Positions 45,951 to 53,964 of a stretch of 53,964 nt of DNA are shown one piece after another. Under the pieces are notes generated by a model. It was not told the origin of the DNA, did no database searches, and worked only from the letters and a program-made list of their open reading frames with translations. The position numbers and the translations under genes were made by a program. The DNA is from a virus. Its lineage: Duplodnaviria > Caudoviricetes. Within the stretch, counting starts at the first letter, position 1. Each line of letters begins with the position of its first letter. Where the stretch lies: positions 1 through 53,964 of IMG/VR virus record IMGVR_UViG_3300048853_000042. One strand, 5' to 3'.

Positions 45951-46413
45951 TGATTTTTTCTCACTCCCCGAACAAGAGGTCGAGGCCGCGGAATTCATTG
46001 CGGAAGTAGGCCGCGTTTACCAAGAGGCGTTTCTTCGTCGGAAGTCCGAATGCAAACTCTCTATGCAAGAGATGGCAACGAAGCTGGGCGTCGATAGATC
46101 TCGGATCCACCGCTGCCTGTCGGGGCACAGCAACCTAACTCTCGAAAGTATGGCTGAACTCGCTTGGGCGCTCAACGCCAAACCAAAATTCCACCTGGAG
46201 CTTGATCACTCTTACGAAAAGGCTCGGGCAAACTACTTTCTGCCGCGCTCCCCAGAGGCGTCTCCGCCTAATACCGCTGCGGGTGGTAACATTGTGCAGG
46301 TGAGGCCGGAATCAAACCAAGGGACGGCGACATTTTACACAGCGAATATCGAGGCCAAGGTCCGCTCTAATGCTTTGGAGCACGAGGCAGCACGCTTGGA
46401 ACAAATCAAATGA
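45931..46413 (+). CDS. XRE-HTH (HigA-like) antitoxin candidate with a long C-terminal extension
   Basis: SMQEMATKLGVDRSRIHRCLSGHSNLTLESMAELAWAL; overlaps the toxin gene. Confidence 0.8.
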   Translation: MASSHADDFFSLPEQEVEAAEFIAEVGRVYQEAFLRRKSECKLSMQEMATKLGVDRSRIHRCLSGHSNLTLESMAELAWALNAKPKFHLELDHSYEKARANYFLPRSPEASPPNTAAGGNIVQVRPESNQGTATFYTANIEAKVRSNALEHEAARLEQIK

Positions 46414-46841
46414 AGTTTCAAAACCTTACGCTCTGCGACCACATCCGCGTAGAGGACAATGGAAAGTTTCTGTTAATCGGCGTGTATACGAACACCATCT
46501 TGTTCCAACAACTTCCGGCCCAGTTTCACCTAAGCATCTGGATGCTGATCGAGCATGAGCAGACTGGACCGTCATCCTTTTCTTTGCGCGGACGAATGCC
46601 AGAGGCTGACGCTGATCTATTTGAAATTTCGGCCGATGCTCACATCGAGAAGACTGACGAATGGACCCCCTTTGGGGTGACCGCTCCCCTGCTAATTGGC
46701 CAACCCGGGACATTAGTTATAGAGGCGATGACGAACGGTGGCGACTGGTTTGAGCTGCGGAAGATTCACATTAAGAAAGGCGTGCCTTCCCGCTTAGTCC
46801 CGCAGGCCGGCACAACACCGAAAGGAACTGTCGCCAAGTAG
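46410..46841 (+). CDS. DUF6941-like beta-sandwich protein
   Basis: LCDHIRVEDNGKFLLIGVY; ATGA-coupled to the HTH gene. Confidence 0.7.
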   Translation: MKFQNLTLCDHIRVEDNGKFLLIGVYTNTILFQQLPAQFHLSIWMLIEHEQTGPSSFSLRGRMPEADADLFEISADAHIEKTDEWTPFGVTAPLLIGQPGTLVIEAMTNGGDWFELRKIHIKKGVPSRLVPQAGTTPKGTVAK

Positions 46842-46867
46842 CGACCTTAGTTATTCCTGAGAATTTG

Positions 46868-46892
46868 ACCCCGCCATCGAGCGGGGTTTTTT
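46868..46892 (+). terminator. Rho-independent terminator closing the immunity operon
   Basis: ACCCCGC-CATCGA-GCGGGGT followed by a T run. Confidence 0.85.
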
Positions 46893-46923
46893 GTTGCGGT
46901 GATTCTCACCATTGATTGCTAAT

Positions 46924-46975
46924 CGTACAAAACGTACATTTTGTGCTTGCGTTGATATCGTACATATTGTACGAT
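46924..46975 (+). promoter_or_regulatory. OL operators and PL promoter
   Basis: CGTACAAAACGTACA; palindrome ATCGTACATATTGTACGAT; TTGCGT-N17-TACGAT. Confidence 0.82.
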
Positions 46976-47006
46976 CTATTTCATCAACACACGGCCACGC
47001 CGGGAG

Positions 47007-47333
47007 ATGAAAGCGATGAGCATCCAAGCCGTAATCCAGAGCATCAAGTCCAACGCCGCCTGCCTGTCACACGCGATGCGTTGCGACCCGTCGGATGCAG
47101 ATGCACAAGCCGCGCTCAAGGATTTCCTGCAGCGCACCTATTCCGATCTGGCTTCGCTTGCGTGGCATCTTGGCGCCGACGGCGACGTCTTCCAGCGCGA
47201 GGCCGTACCGGCATCCGAACTCGTCGATGACGTCTATTTCGCGATCAACCGCGAGAAGGAATTCGAGGCGCCGGTACGCGGGCAGGTCTATTCGACGCTC
47301 AATCACCCCCAGCAGTTCGGGAGCGGGTTCTAA
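47007..47333 (+). CDS. Early hypothetical protein
   Basis: First gene after PL; GGGAG RBS (start 47007 or 47016). Confidence 0.75.
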   Translation: MKAMSIQAVIQSIKSNAACLSHAMRCDPSDADAQAALKDFLQRTYSDLASLAWHLGADGDVFQREAVPASELVDDVYFAINREKEFEAPVRGQVYSTLNHPQQFGSGF

Positions 47334-47554
47334 TGACCCGCGCCACCTGCCCCGCTTCCGAGTTCGGATGCACCTGCAACCGCTGCGCTGTCGATCGCGA
47401 CGACGATCTTGAAGCGCTCAAGCAGTTCAACCGCGCCACCTCCGCAACCGCCATGTGCCTCATCCTGATCGCCCTCGTCCTCGGCATTTTCGCCGTAGGC
47501 CTCTGGCGGACGGAACAGGTGCACAAAGCAATCGTCGCTGAAAGGAATGTCTGA
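47333..47554 (+). CDS. Small membrane protein with Cys-rich N-terminus
   Basis: Coupled ORF with one TM. Confidence 0.7.
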   Translation: MTRATCPASEFGCTCNRCAVDRDDDLEALKQFNRATSATAMCLILIALVLGIFAVGLWRTEQVHKAIVAERNV

Positions 47555-48081
47555 TGGCCATGCCCGACCTTGACTACAACCTTCATCGCCAGACCGAGGC
47601 GGCAAAGTCGCTTCTATCCAGCCTTCGCGACCAGGGCGTCGACGATGACGCCGAACTGGTCGCCGACGCGATCGAGGGCGAGACTAACCTACTCGAGGCT
47701 ATCGAAGCGGCCCTCGCGCAGATCGACGAGTGCGACATCCTCATCACCGGCTTGAAAGCCAAGGAAGAGGAATTCGAGACCCGCCGCAAGTCGATCGAGC
47801 GCCGCGCCGAGCGCGTCCGCGCTCTGATCGAACAGGCGATGCTCGCCACGGATCAAACCTCGCTAAAGCTGCCGACAGCCACCCTGTCGCTGACGAAGCG
47901 CGCGCCCGGCCTGATCGTCAACAGCGAAGCGGACATTCCTTCCCGCTTCTTCGTCGAGCAGGAACGCCCCGCGCCGAAGCTGGACAAGAAAGCCTTGGCC
48001 GCTGCGATCAAAGCCGGCGAGCAAGTGCCCGGCGCCAACCTCGACAACGGCAGCATCTCTCTTTGCGTCCGGAGGAAGTAA
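47554..48081 (+). CDS. Siphovirus Gp157/Gam-like protein
   Basis: IEGETNL, LPTATLS, KLDKKAL..GEQVPGA. Confidence 0.85.
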   Translation: MAMPDLDYNLHRQTEAAKSLLSSLRDQGVDDDAELVADAIEGETNLLEAIEAALAQIDECDILITGLKAKEEEFETRRKSIERRAERVRALIEQAMLATDQTSLKLPTATLSLTKRAPGLIVNSEADIPSRFFVEQERPAPKLDKKALAAAIKAGEQVPGANLDNGSISLCVRRK

Positions 48082-48084
48082 ACC

Positions 48085-49047
48085 ATGAACGCGATGACGA
48101 AATTCGACCTGTCGCCCCGCCAGATCGCGCTGGTCCAACAGACCGTCGCCAAAGACTGCAACGCCGAAGAGTTCAACCTCTTCATGGAGGTTGCCAGGGC
48201 AAAGGGCCTCGATCCGTTCCTTGGCCAAATCATTCCTATGGTCTTCTCAAAGAACAATGCCAGTAGGCGGAAGATGACCATCATCATCAGCCGCGACGGC
48301 CAGCGCGTCATTGCGCAGCGGTGCGGCGACTACCGGCCAGCCAGCAAACCGGCCACGTATGAGCTCGACTCCTCGCTCAAGAGCCCGCTCAACCCTCAGG
48401 GCATCGTGTCCGCCACCGTCTATCTCTGGAAGCAGGATCCAAAGTCCGGCGAATGGTACGAGGTCGCCGGCCAGTCGTATTGGGAGGAGTTCGCGCCGAT
48501 CAAAGATGAATGGGCGGAGAACGAAAAAACCGGCAAGAACTACAAGACCGGCAAGCAGACGCTCGACGACTCCGGCAACTGGTGCCGGATGCCCCGGCTC
48601 ATGATCGCCAAGTGCGCCGAAATGCAGGCCCTTCGCGCCGGCTGGCCCGAACAGTTCACCGGCCTCTATGACGAAGCTGAAATGGACCGCGCCAAGATCA
48701 TTGATCTAACCGCATCGGAGATTGTCGAGCATGAGCGCGAGGAACATCGGCTAAAAGCCGTCGGTGCCGCCAACTCCATCACCGTCACCTGGGGTGACAA
48801 CTGGGCGCTTGAGAACGTCCCGGTCGGCGAGTTCTTCGACCGCGCTTGCGAGTTCATCGCGAAGGAACCCGCCGCCAAGGTTGCGAAGTGGCAGGATGCA
48901 AACCGTGAGCCCCTGAAACTGTTCTGGTCGAAGCATCCCGGCGATGCGCTCGAACTCAAGAAGCGGCTCGAGGCAGCCATCACGAGACCGGCGCATAAGG
49001 CGGCTTCCGATGCCGAGCTCCGCAACCATCCTCTTCTGGCGGGCTGA
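48085..49047 (+). CDS. bet: Bet/RecT-like single-strand annealing recombinase
   Basis: GLDPFLGQI, SRDGQR, WCRMPRLMIAKCAEMQALR. Confidence 0.9.
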   Translation: MNAMTKFDLSPRQIALVQQTVAKDCNAEEFNLFMEVARAKGLDPFLGQIIPMVFSKNNASRRKMTIIISRDGQRVIAQRCGDYRPASKPATYELDSSLKSPLNPQGIVSATVYLWKQDPKSGEWYEVAGQSYWEEFAPIKDEWAENEKTGKNYKTGKQTLDDSGNWCRMPRLMIAKCAEMQALRAGWPEQFTGLYDEAEMDRAKIIDLTASEIVEHEREEHRLKAVGAANSITVTWGDNWALENVPVGEFFDRACEFIAKEPAAKVAKWQDANREPLKLFWSKHPGDALELKKRLEAAITRPAHKAASDAELRNHPLLAG

Positions 49048-49049
49048 CC

Positions 49050-49481
49050 ATGCGGAAGAAGGAAAAGCCCCCGCTGATCCAGGCGATCATGACGCCGCGC
49101 GGCCTCCGCGCCCACACCCAGGACGACGCCGAGAAAATGGCGTCGATCCCGGAAGGCCAGATCTTCGAAATCGTGCCTGTCACCAAGCGGTCGGATCGGC
49201 AGCTTCGCACCTATTGGAAGGCACTTGGCTTAGTCGTCAAGGTCACTCAGAAGTGGTCGAGCGCCGAAAACCTGCATCGCGACATCAAGATGACCCTCGG
49301 CTACCGCGAGCAGGTCGTGAACATGCGCACCGGCGAAATCACGCTCGTTCCGGACAGCATAGCTCTCGACAAGATGCAGCACGAGGAGTTTTGCGAATTC
49401 ATGAACCAGGCCATGGCGCTGATCGCTGACACCGTCGGCTTCGATCCGCTGGCCTTCCTAGCTGAGGAGCGCGCAGCATGA
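49050..49481 (+). CDS. DUF1367/NinB-like recombination accessory protein
   Basis: RS..QLRTYW, PDSIALDKM..EF. Confidence 0.7.
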   Translation: MRKKEKPPLIQAIMTPRGLRAHTQDDAEKMASIPEGQIFEIVPVTKRSDRQLRTYWKALGLVVKVTQKWSSAENLHRDIKMTLGYREQVVNMRTGEITLVPDSIALDKMQHEEFCEFMNQAMALIADTVGFDPLAFLAEERAA

Positions 49482-49669
49482 TCGATGACGCAACCAAGCT
49501 CCAGAAAGCCGGCGAAGCAATCGCTTATCTGCTCAACCGCTCCCGCCGCGACGACAAGCTCTATTACCAGATCGGCTTTGGCACCGAAGCTTTCCGCCTG
49601 CTCACCGACGCGCACGCTGCGATCACCGGGGAGGACGTCAAGGCAGTCGAGAAGAGGTACGGGGCATGA
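49478..49669 (+). CDS. Hypothetical protein
   Basis: ATGA-coupled; GAGGAG RBS. Confidence 0.7.
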   Translation: MIDDATKLQKAGEAIAYLLNRSRRDDKLYYQIGFGTEAFRLLTDAHAAITGEDVKAVEKRYGA

Positions 49670-50043
49670 TTGACAGCAAGAACTCTCCTGGGCCTTTCCT
49701 TATCTGCGACCTGCGCACCGAATGGAACTGGCGCCCCTATGTCACCTTCTGGCGTCCGAACAACGCCAACTACGCTTACCCGCTCGTATGGGCCGGCGAC
49801 TACACCGAAGCCGACGTCATGCAGGGCGGGAGCTACTACACGACCGTCGAAAGCGGTTCGCTGATCCGTTTCCCCATCTTGAGATCGCTTGTCGAGCCGA
49901 TGGCACGCGCACCGGAGCCAGGGCACATCGATGGCGATACGGGGCCGGTGATCCGCAACGATTCCAGAACCCGCGCAAAGCTCAGAAAGCTTGCTTACGA
50001 GCCTGCGATCTTGGCCTTCGCCCTTTCGGAGTTGGCATCATGA
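49666..50043 (+). CDS. Hypothetical protein
   Basis: ATGA-coupled; FWRPNNANY motif. Confidence 0.72.
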   Translation: MIDSKNSPGPFLICDLRTEWNWRPYVTFWRPNNANYAYPLVWAGDYTEADVMQGGSYYTTVESGSLIRFPILRSLVEPMARAPEPGHIDGDTGPVIRNDSRTRAKLRKLAYEPAILAFALSELAS

Positions 50044-50312
50044 TCGACTGGCAGAAAACCGCCGCTCACGTCATCGGCGAGGTTCACCGCAACCTTCCGG
50101 CCAACGCCGACCTGGCCGCCCGCAAGAAGGCATTGCGCGCCGCTCGTCCATGGGAATTCGCCTCGACGAGCTGGGGCCGGAAGGTCTGGGCGAAGCACTC
50201 CCGCAAATACCTCGAGAAGTACGGTCTGCCGCCTCTCAAGCCGAAGGCCGTCGAAGATCACCTGTCTCCGCTTGAGCGAATGATCGCCAATGCGAAAGGC
50301 GGTGCGGCATGA
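50040..50312 (+). CDS. Hypothetical protein
   Basis: ATGA-coupled; starts MIDWQKTA. Confidence 0.7.
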   Translation: MIDWQKTAAHVIGEVHRNLPANADLAARKKALRAARPWEFASTSWGRKVWAKHSRKYLEKYGLPPLKPKAVEDHLSPLERMIANAKGGAA

Positions 50313-50500
50313 GCAACGCCCTCAATGGAAAGTGCCCCTCGTGCTCGCAGGTTTTCCTCGTCGCCAAGCTGCCGATGCAATTGAGCAAGGCGGCAGAGCT
50401 CGCGAAGAGGGCCGCGTGCCCGGCATGCGGGGAAACGAAGGGCATCACGGTTCCGAGCGCCGATGAGGTTCGATCATTCGAAACGGCAGGTGCAGCATGA
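50309..50500 (+). CDS. Small Zn-ribbon protein
   Basis: CPSC...CPAC. Confidence 0.65.
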   Translation: MSNALNGKCPSCSQVFLVAKLPMQLSKAAELAKRAACPACGETKGITVPSADEVRSFETAGAA

Positions 50501-50835
50501 GTTTCGACGACTTCCATTCTGGCCGAGAATTGAAGGCGACACGCAAACCGCATGTGTGCGAGCAGTGCGGCCGCCAGATCGAAACCGGCTCACCGGCATA
50601 TTATGCCGCCGGAAAATACGATGGCTACTTCTACACCCAGCACGAGCACGTCGAGTGCCGCGCGGCCGGGATGGCCTACGCCGAAGAAACCGGCCTCTGG
50701 GGCGAGGAGTTCACCTGGTTTCAACACGCCGATAGCGACATGCGCACTGATTTCGGACCCTGGCTTCTCGAACACCATCCGATCGTTGCGGAGCGCCTGA
50801 ATATCGAGCGCGAGGAAGACGAGGTGGAAGCGTGA
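50497..50835 (+). CDS. Zn-finger hypothetical protein
   Basis: RKPHVCEQCGRQI...HVEC. Confidence 0.72.
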   Translation: MSFDDFHSGRELKATRKPHVCEQCGRQIETGSPAYYAAGKYDGYFYTQHEHVECRAAGMAYAEETGLWGEEFTWFQHADSDMRTDFGPWLLEHHPIVAERLNIEREEDEVEA

Positions 50836-50993
50836 TGGCGGCGCTGATCAATCTCCTGTCGCTCTGCATTGCGGGCGGTCTCATCACCTCTTCCGTCCGA
50901 AAATTCCTGGATAAAAAAGACGCCACCGCGGCCATCCGGCTCGGCATCGGCCTCTATGTCCTGTTTCTCACCGCAAAGGTCATCGTTCCATGA
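50832..50993 (+). CDS. 53-aa two-TM protein (below the ORF-track cutoff)
   Basis: GTGA and ATGA coupling to both neighbours. Confidence 0.6.
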   Translation: MMAALINLLSLCIAGGLITSSVRKFLDKKDATAAIRLGIGLYVLFLTAKVIVP

Positions 50994-51196
50994 GTGCTTC
51001 CTTCGACAAAGCCTCGATCATGTCGACGCTGACCGACGGCATGAAGATGAAGGCCCAGATGATCAAGAAGGGCATCAGCGCCGCTCGCGTCCAGTGCCCT
51101 CAGTGCGACGGTTTCCTTCATGCCCGCCTGGCCGGCCGGAAACAGCATCTTCGCTTCTGGTGCGACGGCCCGTGCAAGCGCCAGATGATGGAGTAG
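50990..51196 (+). CDS. Small Cys-containing hypothetical protein
   Basis: CPQC...WCDGPC. Confidence 0.65.
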   Translation: MSASFDKASIMSTLTDGMKMKAQMIKKGISAARVQCPQCDGFLHARLAGRKQHLRFWCDGPCKRQMME

Positions 51197-51200
51197 CCTC

Positions 51201-51620
51201 ATGGCCTTTCGCATCGCCAATTCCATCCGCCCGGATCCGACGCCCAAGCGGAAGCCGACGAAGAACAAAGACTACCTGGCGTTCATCCACGAGCTGCCCT
51301 GCTGCGTCTCCGGCCGGTACGGAGTCGAGGCCGCGCACCTGTCTTGCGCCGCGCCTCGGTACGGCCATTATGGTCGCGGCAAGGGCAGCAAGGTTTCGGA
51401 TCGCTGGGTTCTCCCGTTGCATCCGGACGAGCACCGGCGCCAACACGGGATGAACGAAGAGCGGTTCTGGCGCGCCGCGCGGATCAACCCGCACGTGCTC
51501 GCCCTCACCATTCATGGCTTGTGGTCGGACATGGGCGAGGATGCGACGCCATTCGCAACTGCTATCATCAATCAGACGCTGGCGGACGCCGGCGCGCTTC
51601 GATCGAGGGACGAGGTATGA
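51201..51620 (+). CDS. DUF968/Ref-like HNH-type protein
   Basis: YLAFIHELPCCVSG..EAAH..KVSDRWVLPL..H..QH. Confidence 0.8.
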   Translation: MAFRIANSIRPDPTPKRKPTKNKDYLAFIHELPCCVSGRYGVEAAHLSCAAPRYGHYGRGKGSKVSDRWVLPLHPDEHRRQHGMNEERFWRAARINPHVLALTIHGLWSDMGEDATPFATAIINQTLADAGALRSRDEV

Positions 51621-52129
51621 GCACCGATACGCTCGACATGTTCGCAACCGAGACGAGATCCTCGGCTATCATCTCAGAATGCGGAGCGTACCGGTACCGC
51701 CTCGAGCGGCAGTGGGACGGCGACAAGCCTAAGGTCGCCTTTCTCATGCTGAACCCCTCCACGGCTGATGCTAGCCAAGATGACCCGACTATTCGTCGGT
51801 GCCTCGGCTTCGCGAGAACCTGCGGCTTTGGCGGATTGATTGTGGGCAACCTCTTTGCTCTTCGATCCACCGACCCGAAGGCCCTATACGTCCATCCCGA
51901 CCCGATCGGGCCTGACAACGATCAGCATATCCTTGCGATAGCTAAGAGCGCCCGTAAGATCGTTTGCGCTTGGGGGACACACGGAGCTCTTCATGACCGC
52001 GGTCGCCAGGTCGCCGAACGACTCGAATTCTTCGACCTCGTCGCGCTGAAAGTCACAGCAGACGGCCAGCCAGGCCATCCGCTTTACCTCGCTGCCGACA
52101 CCCAACCGAAATCGTATTTTGCGCCATGA
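51617..52129 (+). CDS. DUF1643 family protein
   Basis: YRYRLER, MLNPSTAD..DDPTIRRC, NLFA, AWG, PGHPLY. Confidence 0.9.
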   Translation: MSTDTLDMFATETRSSAIISECGAYRYRLERQWDGDKPKVAFLMLNPSTADASQDDPTIRRCLGFARTCGFGGLIVGNLFALRSTDPKALYVHPDPIGPDNDQHILAIAKSARKIVCAWGTHGALHDRGRQVAERLEFFDLVALKVTADGQPGHPLYLAADTQPKSYFAP

Positions 52130-52317
52130 CAGTTACACCCGACCTCACCAACGCCACCCCCGCCACGCGCGAATACTACGCCTTGCCGGAATCAGTCCGC
52201 GAGGCAGCAGAGGCAATAGTCGGTAAGCCGCGCCCCATGACCCACGTCGAGATCCTGCTCGCAGTCGGGAGGGCGATTGCGAACGAGCAGGAAGCCGCGA
52301 AGCGAGGTGAAGGATGA
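52126..52317 (+). CDS. Hypothetical protein
   Basis: ATGA-coupled. Confidence 0.65.
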   Translation: MTVTPDLTNATPATREYYALPESVREAAEAIVGKPRPMTHVEILLAVGRAIANEQEAAKRGEG

Positions 52318-52598
52318 GAGAGCGTCGGCCTTCCCTTGTCCCGCCGGGCAGTTGGCCGCCGCGAATGACGGCAGACATGGCAGCGGGATATTGCGGAGAA
52401 AAGCACGTCGAGGATTTCCTCGAGCGCGTCGGAACGACCTATCCCAATCCGCGCATCGTTGACAGCACGCGCCGGAAGTTCTGGTATCGTGAGGATCTGG
52501 ACCGGGCGATGAACCTCGGCACATCGACGATGTCTTCGGGATTGGGAGCGAAGTTCCGTGAGAAGATCAGGGAAAAGCGGAACAGTGGAACTGCCTAA
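52314..52598 (+). CDS. Excisionase-like winged-helix protein
   Basis: AAGYCG...YPNP...KFWYREDLD; directly upstream of the integrase. Confidence 0.7.
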   Translation: MRERRPSLVPPGSWPPRMTADMAAGYCGEKHVEDFLERVGTTYPNPRIVDSTRRKFWYREDLDRAMNLGTSTMSSGLGAKFREKIREKRNSGTA

Positions 52599-53769
52599 GC
52601 ACGTGCACCGCGTGATCAAGCGACGCGCCAACGGTTCGCAAACCGTCTACACCTTCTACACGAGGTTTCGGAACACCAAGGAGGCGTGGCCGTCGATCGC
52701 CCTGCCCGAGCCGCTTGAGAAAGAATTCTCCGAACGCCTGTCGATTTGCGAAGCCATGGTCCGCGATGACAAGGGCTTCCTGTTGGACGGCAAGCGGCTG
52801 CCGGATCTCAAGAGCAAAGAGTTTTGGCCCGAGGCCACCAAGGCGCACGAAGCATTCATCCGCCGCGGTCGCCAGGGCATCAAGGATTTCAAGGCGCTCG
52901 TCGAAGCCTTCCAGAGCGAGACCAATCCCTTCTGGACCAAGCTGGCGGCTTCCACCCAGCGCGGCTACCGAACCTCTGGCGACATTATCAAAGAGACGTG
53001 GGGAGACGATCTCCCCGTCGACTTGACGACGGTGGACGCGCAGGACGCGATAGACGCCCTCGGAGAGACGCCGGCGAAGGCAAACCAGTTTCGGGCATTC
53101 CTGTCCCGCCTGATGGCGTGGGGCGCCTCACGCGGCTACTGCAAGACCAACGTCGTGGAGATGACAGAAAAGATACCGGGCGGCGAGCCGTGGGTGCCGT
53201 GGCCGAACTGGGCTTTTGAAATCCTTCTGGAGCACGCACCGTTCCACATGCAGATGATCGCTATGTCGGCATTCTTCACCGGGCAGCGACAGGGCGACGT
53301 GCTCGCCATGACGAAGCCGAAGGCCGGCGAGAACACGATCGCCGTGCGGGCGCAGAAGACGGGGAACACGGTTTGGATTCCGATCCACTTCGCCTACCGG
53401 AAATGGATAGACCGCGTGCCGACGTCTGATAGCGTGATGCTGCACGCCGGCGCTCGCGCCACGTCATACAAGAGCGCCGACGGTTTCCGGACCGAATGGC
53501 AGAAGCTCATGGCGAAGGACGCGTTCAAGCCATTCCGAGAAAACCGCATCGTCTTCCACGGTCTGCGCAAGAACGCTGTGATCAATTTGCTGGAGGTTGG
53601 CTGCACGGAGAACCAGGTGGGAGCGATCTGCAACATGTCGGCGCAGATGGTGCAGCATTACGGCCGAGAGGTGGCTCTGAGGAGCCTCGCGAAGGACGCG
53701 ATGAAGCTCATGGAAGCACGCTGGAGCGAGATCGAGCCGGCCGCCTTCAGGAACAAGAACGGAACGTGA
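52558..53769 (+). CDS. int: Tyrosine integrase
   Basis: TGQRQGD, QKT, FHGLRKNA, MVQHY; alternative start at 52585. Confidence 0.95.
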   Translation: MRRSGKSGTVELPKHVHRVIKRRANGSQTVYTFYTRFRNTKEAWPSIALPEPLEKEFSERLSICEAMVRDDKGFLLDGKRLPDLKSKEFWPEATKAHEAFIRRGRQGIKDFKALVEAFQSETNPFWTKLAASTQRGYRTSGDIIKETWGDDLPVDLTTVDAQDAIDALGETPAKANQFRAFLSRLMAWGASRGYCKTNVVEMTEKIPGGEPWVPWPNWAFEILLEHAPFHMQMIAMSAFFTGQRQGDVLAMTKPKAGENTIAVRAQKTGNTVWIPIHFAYRKWIDRVPTSDSVMLHAGARATSYKSADGFRTEWQKLMAKDAFKPFRENRIVFHGLRKNAVINLLEVGCTENQVGAICNMSAQMVQHYGREVALRSLAKDAMKLMEARWSEIEPAAFRNKNGT

Positions 53770-53848
53770 ATTGGAAACCGTTTCCAATTTCTTGGAAACC
53801 AGTCATCCGGAAGTCCCGGACCCCTTCGAAATTGTGCAATGATTTCAA

Positions 53849-53932
<84 letters not shown>

Positions 53933-53964
53933 GACCGGAACCGCTTCGCTGCGGTCTGGTGGGG

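Overview
Almost the whole window (74-53902) is one apparently complete ~53.8 kb temperate siphovirus-like prophage of a rhizobial alphaproteobacterium (Sinorhizobium-like, inferred from gene families, GC content and regulatory motifs). It is integrated in the 3' half of tRNA-Lys(CTT) and bounded by 54-bp direct repeats. From right to left the modules are integrase and early/recombination genes (+), a lambda-like immunity region with OR/OL operators, then replication, late regulation, packaging, head, tail and lysis (all -), and finally an accessory and eroded left end. The striking feature is a dense set of opposite-strand accessory genes (morons) carrying motifs for host regulators. About ten sigma-EcfG/RpoE2-type GGAAC-N16/17-NGTT promoters occur, most in front of small stress genes. 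A perfect CtrA box precedes a three-gene RelE-like toxin/HTH/DUF6941-like operon located in the rexAB position. CtrA-like boxes precede a phage-borne Flp pilin, and a LexA box precedes an unknown operon. Other candidates are an SRA-HNH nuclease beside a solo DndC-like gene, a Zn-ribbon/HEPN-like DUF4145 gene, an atypical tRNA-Met, a tRNA-like cloverleaf and a cuckoo-like hairpin array. All family calls come from motif recognition by eye; no database search was run.
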